IMG/VR virus record: IMGVR_UViG_3300030098_001091 | Direction: 5' to 3' (one strand) | Length of the DNA stretch: 64,000 nt | From: an uncultured virus (IMG/VR IMGVR_UViG_3300030098_001091) | Lineage: Duplodnaviria; Heunggongvirae; Uroviricota; Caudoviricetes | Part shown: piece after piece, positions 34,501-43,948 of the stretch | Position numbering within the stretch: the first letter of the stretch is position 1 | Layout of the letters: every line of letters starts with the position of its first letter | Program-made: the position numbers and the translations under genes | The notes under the pieces: generated by a model | What the model was told of the DNA's origin: nothing | Seen by the model: the letters and a program-made list of their open reading frames with translations, nothing else | Databases searched by the model: none

Positions 34501-37500
34501 ACTACTAGCTTCGGGACCAATATCAGACATACTTTCGGGAGAAGTAACCGAATCTTCGTCTATAAGTTGCATCCACTCGAAGGCAAAAGATCTAGCGTGC
34601 CAATAGAATTGGTTATCTCTAATAAACCCATTCTCACTCATATGTCCACTTATTTCATTATGAAGATGCATCATCTCCATACTAATCCTACTAAGCTCTT
34701 CAGCCGAAACTGTTTTCTTTTCCTTACCGATCTCAATAACCCGACCTTCAATCTGAACAGCATAAGTATCCGGATCTAAAAACTGTTGCCAATTGTGATC
34801 CCCGTACCAAGACATTGGGTTTCCTGCATTTTGGAATATAAGTCTAGATCCTAAAGCTATTGCTTTTGCCATAGCAAAACTACTGTCCTTATCTGTTTTT
34901 CTGGCCGCATCAATAATGCCTTGTACCTTATTAATTAAATCATTCTGATAATCATTAATATGTTCGGTTCGCAATCTATTCATTAACTCAACAAGTGGAG
35001 ACAGATGTGCTTCTTTCCATGTACTCCCAAAACCTAAGTTGTTGGTTTCCGATACGCCTCTAGAGTATGAGTCTAAATCTAAAATCTCCATAGGCTTTCC
35101 AGAGATTTCTTTTTTATCTCGAACAAGATATCGGGAATGTTTGCCTGCGTCCATCCTATCTTCAACGGCTGTCATTACTTTTAATAAAGCCTCGCTATCA
35201 ACAACAGCCTTTTCAATCTGAGGCTGCATACTAAATCCTAATGCTTTTTGCATTCTACGGGCATGGGGTTCAGCGTAAACCATTTTCTGATTCTCTGCAT
35301 CCCACTTAGTTCTAATTGCTTTGTTTGTACGACCAGCATTTTCCATATCAACATGTACTTGACTATTACTAATTGTAGCAAACATCAGTAAGACAGATTG
35401 TTTTGTTAACGCAATCTTGAGATTACCCTCAATCTCAGATGGGGTACGAACCAGTATTCCACCCAATGCTCTAGCAAAAGCATTACGAGCAACCATAGAT
35501 TTTATTTGGTCACTTCGAACCGTAGTTCCAGATACATCGGTTTCAATAATAGCCTTTAGTTTGACAAGCATAGTTCCATCTTTATCCTTAGACATAATCT
35601 CTTCTTGCCTTAAATCAAACTCCCACTGTCTCGTTGTAGTCATTTCTTCGAGGAACATCTCAACCATTCGGGTCATATCCTCAGGAAGGATAGCATCCCA
35701 TGTGTTGGGGTTATTAGCCATTAGTTTATATGCACTTCGTACATCTGCTGGACCGTCCCAGTTTTTGAGATACTTAGAAACCACAGCCTCATAGTTTTTT
35801 CCGATAATAAAACGCATAAAGTCTGTGGCATGGTAGACACCAGATTCTAGTACCAATTCCTGAAATTTAATCTTACCTTCTACTTTACCATTGACAGTAA
35901 TAGCTAAGTTTTCTTGCGGTGCTGCTCCCATCTCCTCGTATACTTTAAGCTCCTTGTGAATATCTGTGGGCATAAGAAGATACCCTTCTTTAGTTTCGGG
36001 ATTATAAATCTTAGTTAAAGATTCCAATACCGATTCAGCCTCTTGAAGCTTACCAGCAATTGCCAGTTGATTGATGTCCTTGAATAGATCTAAACGTCCC
36101 CGTACCTTCTTACGAACATTTCGGGAAATCCTAGAAAGTAAATCTAATTCGGACAACCATTTATTTCTTGCCATGATATAATAATTTCTGGCTCTTCCGG
36201 GATTCTTTTGGAGAATATCCCTCTCAACATTACGAGGTCGCCAACCTTCTCTAGCAAAGATAATAGCTTCTCTTTGGAGCCTAGCTGTTTCAGCTACTAG
36301 GAAGAAGTATGGAACAAGAGCTGAGTTTTGATTAAGAAGATCTTCATGTCCGTGTTGTCTTGCGTATGTATAAGCAATATTATGAATCTCTGCTGCTCTC
36401 CAAGCTACTCTTGTGTTTGGATCGTTCTTATAAATATCCCAAAAATCTAATGCAATAGTTTCCGCGTTTGGTAGGGTATCTCTTTTCCATGGAGCGTGGT
36501 ATCCAAAAGCTTCGTGCTTGCTTTCCTTCCCGCCCAAGATAGGATCGTCTTCTGTCATGTTCTCTCGTTTAAAGTTATCAAGATATCCAATTCTCTTTTC
36601 GATTTTATCTTGTACCATTTTTCGATGTATTCGGTTAATGCCTCTATTAAAGAATGCGGCCTTCTTGTGCAAAGGCTTATTAAACATGAATCCCTGCTGT
36701 TCCGCAGTCCTTAATGGAATAAAGCTTCGGTCATCATCGAAGTGACGTGAGTCATGCATTTCGTGTATGTTTACTCTGTTCCATCCACCAGCGTGTTCTC
36801 TAGCCATTTCTTTAGTAAGCCAACCAAAATTCTTTCCATAGAATTCTCTTAGAGTAGGATTCTGAGCAATCATCTGTTCATACTCAGATCGAGAATCAAA
36901 TGTCTCGTGGTTACTCTTACTTGATTCATACATGTCTTCCATTACATTTAAAAGCATCGCTGGTCTATTATCTTCTTGGGTATAGTTAGGGAAGACTTCC
37001 TTAGGCAAAGTCTCAAACTGTGAGTACCAAAGGAACTCGTTTAGGTCCATTAAATCTGACAGGTGCTGTCGAACATCCTTTGGATCCATTGTTTGATACG
37101 GGTTATCATAACCATCAAGCATACCAAGACTACTGACATTATCGCCCGCACTTAAATATTCTTCTAAAGCTACTAGGAACTTAGCTGGGTCGCCGGTTGG
37201 GTCTTTGCCCTTCATAAACTCCATAAAATCTTTATACTGTTTTCCATCCTTCATAGGATCTGGAAGTACTGCAACTCTACTAAAGGAAGTTGCTGTGTGA
37301 TTTGGAATATGACCACCTACTGCCAGACCTCTATGGTGATCTGCTGTTGGACCAATGCGACCATAAAGGAACACATTTCCAAGACCGCTTAACTCGTCTT
37401 CAGTCCACTCAACATTAAAAGCTTTGGCAACATCTTTGGCCCGATCCATATTAATACGGAAGTGGGAAGCCGTCATCATATTCAAGCCTCGGAAGAAAGC

Positions 37501-40500
37501 AAGTTCCTTGTGGTTGAGGTCGTTTTCGGGGAGAAAGATCTGATGGATCTCATTCCATCGGGCATCATTCATATCCATGTTACCATCTTCTTCCCACTCA
37601 CGGAATTTGGCTTCGGCTTTTGCAAGCATCGGTGCATAGTTTTCTTCGACCGTTTCAATCTTTTGGTTGCTATCTCTAGCAATAATCCTAAGGCGATCTT
37701 TGATAGTTCTTCTAAGATCACTAAGATTATACAATGATTCAGATACAGATCGGTCATCCTCGGGTAGTGCTTCGTCTGTTCTTAATTCAGCTGCCTCGGG
37801 CTGTGTAAACGGAATAGTATGGGTTTCGCCTGTATCTCTATCTATAACTACCACATCAGGAAGTGTTCTTTCTACACCCGGCTTATCTTGACGAATTTCT
37901 CTAGAAACTTGCCTAGCCCGTTCTGCCTTATTAATAAAATCAAGAACTCCTCTTGTCTGGAACTCTTCACTTCGATTGATTGATAAGAATCCGGTCATTG
38001 CATCTTTCATTCCTTGATCGGTAGCGATGACTTGATCTAAGATTACACGGTCATTGAAATCCTGACGCTCGTATAAAAGTTCCCCGAGTGCGATTATATT
38101 ATCCGAAGTTACTGTAACTCCCATTTGCTCCGCTAAAGCCTTGACAGCAAGAGTACCCTTACCAAAAGGTTCGTTAATAAACTCTTGTCTAAAGTTGTCA
38201 AGACCACCACCATACATACGACGCATAACTGGGGGCTTAAATACATCTCGTAATTTACTAAGTACTGCCTTTTCTTCCGCACTTATATCTTCTCTCTTCT
38301 TCATAGCCTCAAAGTCTTTAGTACTTTTAATATCATACTTCCCAAGAAGATCGAAAGCTGCTTTAAGTGGACCCATTCTTTGAACTACTAAAGCATTTCC
38401 ATTAGCAGAAATTGCGTCTGCCGCAGCTAAAGCACCTTTAATATAGAAGTCAGATTCTGAAATTGAAGATCTCTTAGAATTAAGAATGGTTGTTCTTAGC
38501 CCATACTTTACTAAAGACTTATAGATGGTATTTGCTTCTTTATCTATATTGCCATTGTCATCCATCACCTCGATTGGCTGATTACCATAAGGGGTATTTG
38601 CAATATGCTTCCAATTATCTGAACCCGTAGTAGTCATAACCGCTAAAGTATTCAAGTGGTTTTCATGAATACCGCTATTAACTCTGTCATAGTAATTTGT
38701 CCTGTCATATAAGAACTCATTAACTTCATCCAAAGTAATAGTTCTATCACCAATTACAACTTCTCCGTTGACAGTTACATCAAGGAATTGCTGTGGATTC
38801 ATGTTAAACTCGTCCATAAGCCATTTGTTAGTGGACTCTATACTTGCTTCAATAATAGACGATGCCAAAGGAGCCATCTGTTCTGAAGCAAAAGCTTGGG
38901 CAATAACATCACCCGCGTAACCACGAGGAACAATAACCTCACTACCGGGACTAATAAATGGAATGTTTAGCTGATTTGCAAAGTCTCTATTAAAACGAAT
39001 CCGACTATCTCTGGCTCCAGCTAAACTATCTTGGACAAACATCTGAGCAAGGTTTGGCAAGTCCATCATAAAATGCATTGCGAGATCAATAGCTTTTTCC
39101 CTGTTCAACAAGCCTTGCTCTAAGCTACCGCCTACCCATCGGGGAAAGATCATAAACTTAGTCATATCTTCAGATGGATCTGGGGTTCCTTCTTTGCGGA
39201 ACTTTTCCCGCCACTTAGCAGCAGCGTCCCGTTGTTTTTTGCCCCAGTTTTTAACCGTAGGTCTGTTTAAATCATCATCCCATTCAATATGTCTTAAAAC
39301 TTCTTTTTGTCTCTGATCAGTTTGCCACCTCATAATAATACGCTTTAAATCAAACGATCCTAAGGGGGCTGAGTGATTAATTCTTCCAGCAGCAGCAACG
39401 AATTCAGGATTGCCCTTTCTATCCATATCAGACTCTGTACCAATTAATCCGTGCTCTCCAGTAACAAGCTTGTCAGCTTGCACTGTGATTTTCTCAAAGG
39501 CAAAGTAATCTACAATAGCTCTACCAACTAAAGTGGCAGGAGCCCAATCAATAGTACCGTCACCGAACGAAGATAAAGTTACAACCCCAGAATCGCTATC
39601 ATCAGCAAAGACATCTAAGCTTTGCATAATTTTATTAAACGTCCTATCAATATTAATAGGCTCTCCGGGTACATACTCCACACCTAGTTTTTCCATGATC
39701 TTTCTAGCACGGGGATGAGCTCTACCACCCTCCATAAATAACTGCTCTTCTAATCTTTCTCTAATAGACTGCTCAACAGTTTGTGTATATGCTTCTCTAC
39801 TTCTGGTAACTTGGGATCTATCGAAGAAACCAGTTTCCTCTCGAACATCTAAGACAAACCCAATCGTCCTTGCTTGGGATTTATTCCAATCCCTAGAGGC
39901 ATCTTCTAAATCCTTTAATAATTCCACCGCCAATTCGAAATTTGAAATCGAGTCGGGCTTAGTTTCACTATCTAACTCTGACCTCATAATCTCCCCAATA
40001 AGATTATCTAAAGTCTGAGCTCTAGTTCCTTCTAACTTTCTATACACCCTACCTCGATAAAGATCAACGATATCCATTACCTTTTCCAGATTATAACGCA
40101 ATGATCCAGCGTTAATATGTCTTTCACCAATTTCCATCTCAAGACCAGCACCATCAAGAGCTGGCTCAAACAGCACAAAGGGGGCCAATCCAAGCTGCCA
40201 GAAATATTCAGGCATTGTTGAATATACTAATGCAGCGTGTACACTACCGTCGCTGTTTCTTGCAGTCGACTGAAGAAGAGCCTTAAGTCTGGAATTCCAT
40301 TCAGCCCAAGCTTCGGCTTCTTTGTTTATGTCTCTTCTGATTTTTTTAAGAGCTTCTCCCGGATTACTCTCATTCAATAGGTTATCCCAGTTTGTGTAGG
40401 GAAGGTTATCTAAATCAGCATCAGTAAGCTCAAGGAGCTGGGATTTGAGATGTTCTTGTAGATTTGCAGGAGCAACAAAAGACGTAAGAGATCCTAGTTG

Positions 40501-43500
40501 CATATCCTTAAGAAGTTTATTAATTAATGATTTTGTTTCCCCAACAATACTTCTAGCTTTATCTATAGGAATTGTTCTATTCAACCTTTTTGTTTTTTCT
40601 GTGTGGTCTAAAGTATTATGATCAGCAACTTTCTTCTTCTTCCATTTAGAAATATCAGGAAGCAGTTGCATTAATTCCTTAACAGTAATATTACCCTCTG
40701 CTTCTAAAGCATCCAATCTTTGCTCTGCACCCGCTATAACAATTTCAAAGTGCTTAGTGTCCCGTTGAATTTGATCAATAAGACCACGATGTGAAACGAC
40801 AGAGCTAAATGATACAACAGCCGACTGCTTAGCTCGTTCTTCTGAAAGTTTAGACAACTCCCTCTTATAATCTCTATGGACTTTTTCAAACTTCTTAACA
40901 GAGGCTGTATGATTTTTGTAGTCATCCGTTTCCTTAAAGTCCTGTTCTACTTTAGTGGCAAGAGAATTGAAACTATTAATTAATTTTGTAAATGAAGACC
41001 CCCTCTTTGACGATCCACCTGTCAATTTAGTCTCCGGATCTCCTTTTAATATTCTATTAATTTCATTCTTAATTGTCTGTCTAATCTTCAGGTGGGTTGT
41101 TCCAGACTCTACTAATTCGAGTAGGCTTTCTAGAGCGGAGATAACCCCCGGCATGTTATCTAAATCTTCAATTTTAATTGTTTTCTTAATCTTATCTGGC
41201 ATCGGCTTTCCGGTTTCTGGATCTATTTCCATAAACGGAACAAGACGCAATGCACTTATCGGCCTTACCAGTGCCAGATATTGGTCTACCTCAGCACCCC
41301 CTGCTTCTTGAAAAGCTTTATAGGTTTCCAGAAGTCGCTTTCTTAATTCTATAACCTCATCACCTAAAGCTCTAACGACAGGATCAGGATTAAGCTGGGC
41401 TAGGAAAGCCTGCTTATCTATATTTAATTTCTCAAGCAGATCTTTAATTCTTCTTTTTGCTTCTTTGAAATCCGCAATCTTTTCGCGATGTAGCTTGAGC
41501 TTATCTTTTAACTCTCTTCTGCGTTTTAAGAGATCTTCTGAAACGGCATCCCTACCTTTGGTTTCTCTAGTCCTTCTAATTTGACCAAGAACCTCAGCCC
41601 TTTCGGTTTCTGTTTCAGCCATCTCCTCTGTTTCACGTCTCGAATCTTCATCGATTTGATTTGATACTTCTTGAGCTGTCTGTTCAGCATCAACGCTCTG
41701 TGTTACAACATCGTTTGTTGGAGAACCTTCCTGTACCGCTTCTCCTGTAGTGGGAATTCCCGCAGCGGTAGCTTCTGCACGAACCTGATTAATAGTCTTA
41801 ATAGCCTCGGCATCAACTTCGGTCTGTTTAGTCATTAACTCATGAGCATAATCTAAACCAGCATCAAACCGTTCTTTTTCAGTCGCACTATCCCAATCAA
41901 CTTTAGACCCATCCTTACGAGTAATCTGAGAATACTTCTTCTTTGTTCCACTTAATATATCAGGAGGTAAAAGTCTAGTCCACTGCTGTTTATCTTTAAT
42001 GTTCTGCACATATTGGGCAGAAGTAATGTGTGTGCCTGTTCTTGCGGATTCAGCAGCAGCTGCATTTTCCATATCTGAGATATGTTTGTTCCATCCCCGC
42101 ATTTGGGTAATAACCCTATCGACATCAGGACCATGCTTTGCGGTTATTTTGTCGTGAAAGGTTCCTTGCAAGGTTGATAAAGTATGCTCTAAAAACTGAG
42201 CTGGAGATAACGAAAACTCTCCGTGAATTTGTAAAACCTCGTTTGCTGTTTCTATTAATAAATCATGAAAGTCCGAATCATTTAACCCAGATAAATGTCT
42301 AATAGAAGACAGCCCAAGACTAAGCCTGTCAGATGCTCCTTCCCCAGCACCTCGGTTTATATCCGTTATAGCAGCTTGACCCAAGTCTAAGTTAAGTCTA
42401 CTAGCTCCGGACACACCATCTACTGGAGAAGCATTTAAGGTTCGATTAATAATCCTATTTAATTCCCCACGCTTACGAGTAATTTCTCTAGTCCGTTTAA
42501 CATAGTCGGGGTGACTTACGGTTTGCCAAAAGTCTACTGTTTGGTTTATCCAGCCACCAGTTCCTTTTGCCTTAGCGTTATACCACTTCTTCGCTGTCCA
42601 AGCTATAGGCAGAGTACCTGCACCCATAGCGGTACCAAAAACAGGGTTAATAACAGGAGATAACAGAGCTTCAAGTATTCCCTCTTCCTTAACCTTGCCC
42701 CAGTCAAAACCATCCTGCAATCCCATATTCTGTTTTCGCCATTGGTTACCGATTTCTGCCAAAGACCCAGTAATAGCACCCTCAGCCATATCCGAAACAC
42801 GATTCAGTGGCCACCTAATTATCCGACCTGCTTCTCTAAAATCCTTACCTGTTGCTTTTTTAATTCCCTTGGCTAGTAAGTGAGGCCCCACTCTTTCTGG
42901 AAGATAGTTTACCAATCTCCTAGTCATATCACCAACAGCCGCTAGCCTTTCACTAATTCCAGCTTTACCTGTAATACTTCTAGCATTCTCCATTCTGTGC
43001 AATACCTGCATGAATCTTTTCATCCGCAAAGCTTGCTTAGCAGTCTTAGCAGCTAAAACGGTAGATGTAAGAGCAGCTCCAGCAATGACCCCAACACCTG
43101 TTACAGATAGACCGGCACTAATAGCCATACTTGCAACTAAATCAGGATCGTTAATAATACCATTTATAGTTAGGTTTGATGCAAAATTCCACAACTGATC
43201 CATATCAGTAGCAGTTGATACCCAGTTTCCATAAGCCTGAGCAATCTCCATCTGTCTGGATGTGTTGGAAATAGTTCTAAAGAAATCATAAGGATTCTTT
43301 GTATCCTTAACTATTTCTTTTAATGCCTCTTCCCCACCTAACTGCATCGCAAAGAAATTGTAATTATCAAAATCTTTTTTCCTAAATTCTACTAATGCTT
43401 GGCTAGGTTTAAACGCATCTCCAAAATCGAGATTTAATAAGTCCTCAACTCCGCTAGAAAAAGAATTAGCAACAGGTAAAGTTTGCTTATCAAAACCTGA

Positions 43501-43932
43501 AGAGAACATAGAGATTGCGTTCCACCTGCTAAAATCTTTTGTTTCCCCTATTATTTCTCTAGCTCTAGATCCAACATCTAGCATCCCCCCGCCATCAAAC
43601 TTCAGTAAGTATGACAGGTCACTAGCTAAATCCTGTTTAAAAGCTACGTTATCTGTAGTCCAACCTCCCGCATAATCTCTACTCATCGCCTCGCTTTGGC
43701 TTCTCGCGAAAGGCATAAAACCAGTCATCTTTCGGTTTTGAGAAATCTCTTCCCCTCTATTCATATAGTAGCCGCCTACGTCTGGAGAGGATAACGACTC
43801 CGCGTGTTGCGGGCCCCACTCTAAAGAAGCCCAATGCTTCATATACTCCTTAGCGCGATCTGCATTCTGTCGAGATATATCTAAAGCATCTGGCTGCCAC
43901 GGGAGCGGATTACCAAAAAATTCTAAGGTCAT
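28594..43932 (-). CDS. Giant internal virion protein (5112 aa) with putative virion RNA polymerase, PD-(D/E)XK nuclease and zincin domains
   Basis: Last of the internal-virion genes. Contains YYDRVNSGIHE, SDFY and RDVFKPPVMRRMYGGG (RNAP-like), GLRGEFD..IYDVKT..QLSLY (nuclease) and ILAHELAH (zincin). Confidence 0.75.
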   Translation of the reverse strand: MTLEFFGNPLPWQPDALDISRQNADRAKEYMKHWASLEWGPQHAESLSSPDVGGYYMNRGEEISQNRKMTGFMPFARSQSEAMSRDYAGGWTTDNVAFKQDLASDLSYLLKFDGGGMLDVGSRAREIIGETKDFSRWNAISMFSSGFDKQTLPVANSFSSGVEDLLNLDFGDAFKPSQALVEFRKKDFDNYNFFAMQLGGEEALKEIVKDTKNPYDFFRTISNTSRQMEIAQAYGNWVSTATDMDQLWNFASNLTINGIINDPDLVASMAISAGLSVTGVGVIAGAALTSTVLAAKTAKQALRMKRFMQVLHRMENARSITGKAGISERLAAVGDMTRRLVNYLPERVGPHLLAKGIKKATGKDFREAGRIIRWPLNRVSDMAEGAITGSLAEIGNQWRKQNMGLQDGFDWGKVKEEGILEALLSPVINPVFGTAMGAGTLPIAWTAKKWYNAKAKGTGGWINQTVDFWQTVSHPDYVKRTREITRKRGELNRIINRTLNASPVDGVSGASRLNLDLGQAAITDINRGAGEGASDRLSLGLSSIRHLSGLNDSDFHDLLIETANEVLQIHGEFSLSPAQFLEHTLSTLQGTFHDKITAKHGPDVDRVITQMRGWNKHISDMENAAAAESARTGTHITSAQYVQNIKDKQQWTRLLPPDILSGTKKKYSQITRKDGSKVDWDSATEKERFDAGLDYAHELMTKQTEVDAEAIKTINQVRAEATAAGIPTTGEAVQEGSPTNDVVTQSVDAEQTAQEVSNQIDEDSRRETEEMAETETERAEVLGQIRRTRETKGRDAVSEDLLKRRRELKDKLKLHREKIADFKEAKRRIKDLLEKLNIDKQAFLAQLNPDPVVRALGDEVIELRKRLLETYKAFQEAGGAEVDQYLALVRPISALRLVPFMEIDPETGKPMPDKIKKTIKIEDLDNMPGVISALESLLELVESGTTHLKIRQTIKNEINRILKGDPETKLTGGSSKRGSSFTKLINSFNSLATKVEQDFKETDDYKNHTASVKKFEKVHRDYKRELSKLSEERAKQSAVVSFSSVVSHRGLIDQIQRDTKHFEIVIAGAEQRLDALEAEGNITVKELMQLLPDISKWKKKKVADHNTLDHTEKTKRLNRTIPIDKARSIVGETKSLINKLLKDMQLGSLTSFVAPANLQEHLKSQLLELTDADLDNLPYTNWDNLLNESNPGEALKKIRRDINKEAEAWAEWNSRLKALLQSTARNSDGSVHAALVYSTMPEYFWQLGLAPFVLFEPALDGAGLEMEIGERHINAGSLRYNLEKVMDIVDLYRGRVYRKLEGTRAQTLDNLIGEIMRSELDSETKPDSISNFELAVELLKDLEDASRDWNKSQARTIGFVLDVREETGFFDRSQVTRSREAYTQTVEQSIRERLEEQLFMEGGRAHPRARKIMEKLGVEYVPGEPINIDRTFNKIMQSLDVFADDSDSGVVTLSSFGDGTIDWAPATLVGRAIVDYFAFEKITVQADKLVTGEHGLIGTESDMDRKGNPEFVAAAGRINHSAPLGSFDLKRIIMRWQTDQRQKEVLRHIEWDDDLNRPTVKNWGKKQRDAAAKWREKFRKEGTPDPSEDMTKFMIFPRWVGGSLEQGLLNREKAIDLAMHFMMDLPNLAQMFVQDSLAGARDSRIRFNRDFANQLNIPFISPGSEVIVPRGYAGDVIAQAFASEQMAPLASSIIEASIESTNKWLMDEFNMNPQQFLDVTVNGEVVIGDRTITLDEVNEFLYDRTNYYDRVNSGIHENHLNTLAVMTTTGSDNWKHIANTPYGNQPIEVMDDNGNIDKEANTIYKSLVKYGLRTTILNSKRSSISESDFYIKGALAAADAISANGNALVVQRMGPLKAAFDLLGKYDIKSTKDFEAMKKREDISAEEKAVLSKLRDVFKPPVMRRMYGGGLDNFRQEFINEPFGKGTLAVKALAEQMGVTVTSDNIIALGELLYERQDFNDRVILDQVIATDQGMKDAMTGFLSINRSEEFQTRGVLDFINKAERARQVSREIRQDKPGVERTLPDVVVIDRDTGETHTIPFTQPEAAELRTDEALPEDDRSVSESLYNLSDLRRTIKDRLRIIARDSNQKIETVEENYAPMLAKAEAKFREWEEDGNMDMNDARWNEIHQIFLPENDLNHKELAFFRGLNMMTASHFRINMDRAKDVAKAFNVEWTEDELSGLGNVFLYGRIGPTADHHRGLAVGGHIPNHTATSFSRVAVLPDPMKDGKQYKDFMEFMKGKDPTGDPAKFLVALEEYLSAGDNVSSLGMLDGYDNPYQTMDPKDVRQHLSDLMDLNEFLWYSQFETLPKEVFPNYTQEDNRPAMLLNVMEDMYESSKSNHETFDSRSEYEQMIAQNPTLREFYGKNFGWLTKEMAREHAGGWNRVNIHEMHDSRHFDDDRSFIPLRTAEQQGFMFNKPLHKKAAFFNRGINRIHRKMVQDKIEKRIGYLDNFKRENMTEDDPILGGKESKHEAFGYHAPWKRDTLPNAETIALDFWDIYKNDPNTRVAWRAAEIHNIAYTYARQHGHEDLLNQNSALVPYFFLVAETARLQREAIIFAREGWRPRNVERDILQKNPGRARNYYIMARNKWLSELDLLSRISRNVRKKVRGRLDLFKDINQLAIAGKLQEAESVLESLTKIYNPETKEGYLLMPTDIHKELKVYEEMGAAPQENLAITVNGKVEGKIKFQELVLESGVYHATDFMRFIIGKNYEAVVSKYLKNWDGPADVRSAYKLMANNPNTWDAILPEDMTRMVEMFLEEMTTTRQWEFDLRQEEIMSKDKDGTMLVKLKAIIETDVSGTTVRSDQIKSMVARNAFARALGGILVRTPSEIEGNLKIALTKQSVLLMFATISNSQVHVDMENAGRTNKAIRTKWDAENQKMVYAEPHARRMQKALGFSMQPQIEKAVVDSEALLKVMTAVEDRMDAGKHSRYLVRDKKEISGKPMEILDLDSYSRGVSETNNLGFGSTWKEAHLSPLVELMNRLRTEHINDYQNDLINKVQGIIDAARKTDKDSSFAMAKAIALGSRLIFQNAGNPMSWYGDHNWQQFLDPDTYAVQIEGRVIEIGKEKKTVSAEELSRISMEMMHLHNEISGHMSENGFIRDNQFYWHARSFAFEWMQLIDEDSVTSPESMSDIGPEASSRETIFDRIKNRQEEFKAYSGPATSVTQSIRTNSRYLLTKLRKDRDELIQSGIPETDSSVKSLEFKINELDKTIQEMNNDPVLQNAFTVGENIDNLVRDVFRSEERPNWESYRTERDKPYIDTEEKFNKFIDQMLDLKKKILETDEIMVDKVMIMDTKIGLRGEFDVLTRNRTTGEITIYDVKTKKQTDTGETVIREEKKSEWSKQLSLYNMILWNEFGVRADKLAVIPVAVEYGNQEGDATASVAELKDPITINQLETVDIITKQGESTSVSYRGNTAALNHLGDSVEAGHIRHATSTERAFISWLRSKNLWNLESIPSHHLTRIENLYGKTGEAALEYLAKQAIESAVNDQLNIPSGKMELDTLGDINPLEVEQRAFSIRSRAKIRKRNFHRKYERMEEMANETGFRPIRELNQNIQDMVDEGNIDERQARMMRKLIVNMYLFNPMGLQDLKLEFMKELRGGRIDTDTRTGRRTISIGGQARRANDRLSPVLILAHELAHQGAMEFIMNDPAAYHRFEALMNQKGHSLMTKLYTAWHGGIETADTKAEVKYAMENVDEFIASLGSFYLLGDFNTLLKEDFTVEEHSVLKDAMPWLSKVFGYMRRIFEKIGFIWSEELQNPDVNRLMNRLFGFDLDSQTHLLAPAPEQRLRQSFEFGPEYTETHSTKGVDESFRYDDAVFEAMVKEYDSLSEQGLDNLSPEQVERHNVLHNIIRPDVDSTMVRQGLTAEHDTILETGLTRYQFFSAKQRLYKKYGRSIEKIGPDQKEKIVLDIKAMRQGVREGDLELSTDERLAAMQVLIEKFKDSTGTSRGFGNQVSRKAGAKANAFTKWFDKILDKVLGTGDHNTLKRFIVTGQVGPSGAGATYNAMHIIPVWFTALLDDQIVSTMGSWTNLQGTASLSRNMEKLRTHQNSIHSTYDEIEKIFGGVRALVAGKISESRGEQLKGIHLAILLAVDSDNVNLKDAIKGPARVLFDNLSAEKQNKVLGHMQSIADDLNDFMNVLIDRKKSIGDWGNAATNKVGWKFNEHSAEGLESLRDSLSEMFIAKLRDSDYIDPVSLFALGYLPDFGDSASMVKEMEALDPNFRKVLIEYIAYHSDEQNIELGWQGLKPKGNKVLNETEAQKTVADFQTNLMRRLRDGELKAIRETQEGLHSFMRQLTRGNIAWAHLSQEGVDVSAMRRGQNDVITGSNRSGDFEQRLMKLYKPGKSDRHAQAIGWMAPEDKVAPFKFRRKNPIDVHVYNLINRAGMQMYLPNDAWFVPSVAVAATLDSTILDNIVTHPTSLINDYMKGIADEVTELMLMIDNFEIYGTIGDALNLFAEANTDASWRNMDGTQIDRIAAENINDSITTLRDKYKYIRGIRQTQQPHDPWKDFFVEIAPGITKIAFGGNLSLATITVEYAMNTLTSALGPQGWRGFFKALTALGPAALGTEEFKETSRDLLDLIGVMTQAHVPDYDRPLLQASSGNKALGKTANFIDGWGNQMMRPSQWIMGAMATSRAQIFRKSVFELMQSGKLTKLVAILNDPKQSKLTIKKERDGYVNFALDEQGQLMEGKFKQSDLVLPDPMALEKHMKDAGINPRKYGRVITYMLRAGFLDASAYPRLTSLLNDFNNKKEKGTYSPNQIRNYLSKTDTLANREEYHKSLDVIGGLKIMEKAFVNEILVNPNAFDINTDDARSERLFEIYRRYGMLFNSQLIMRNANHLGLTAMGVRLITMCALDLTYMMLLRMASGDEWEDIMEDLEDSPTAFFMTYGFRLPIMGRYLNMIGEFLTGLTVENPASRTPGAFISAAGGMSMLNNLRAFVTKMIGGELENTDWINAMRNMPFIGDAMVRLPLHVLTDSPASRSSRRTGSPNLAGGMFRHPTHSLDHTTDEAMRMIIEEMGLRHPNWQQHLMAEQAQRGFDMGRPQAEPPQPVRGPESPVQPVQEQEAPQPTPEPETAETASPDVVGQIGQQAPALEIPDSDQLA

Positions 43933-43948
43933 TTAATTTCTCCTGTTT

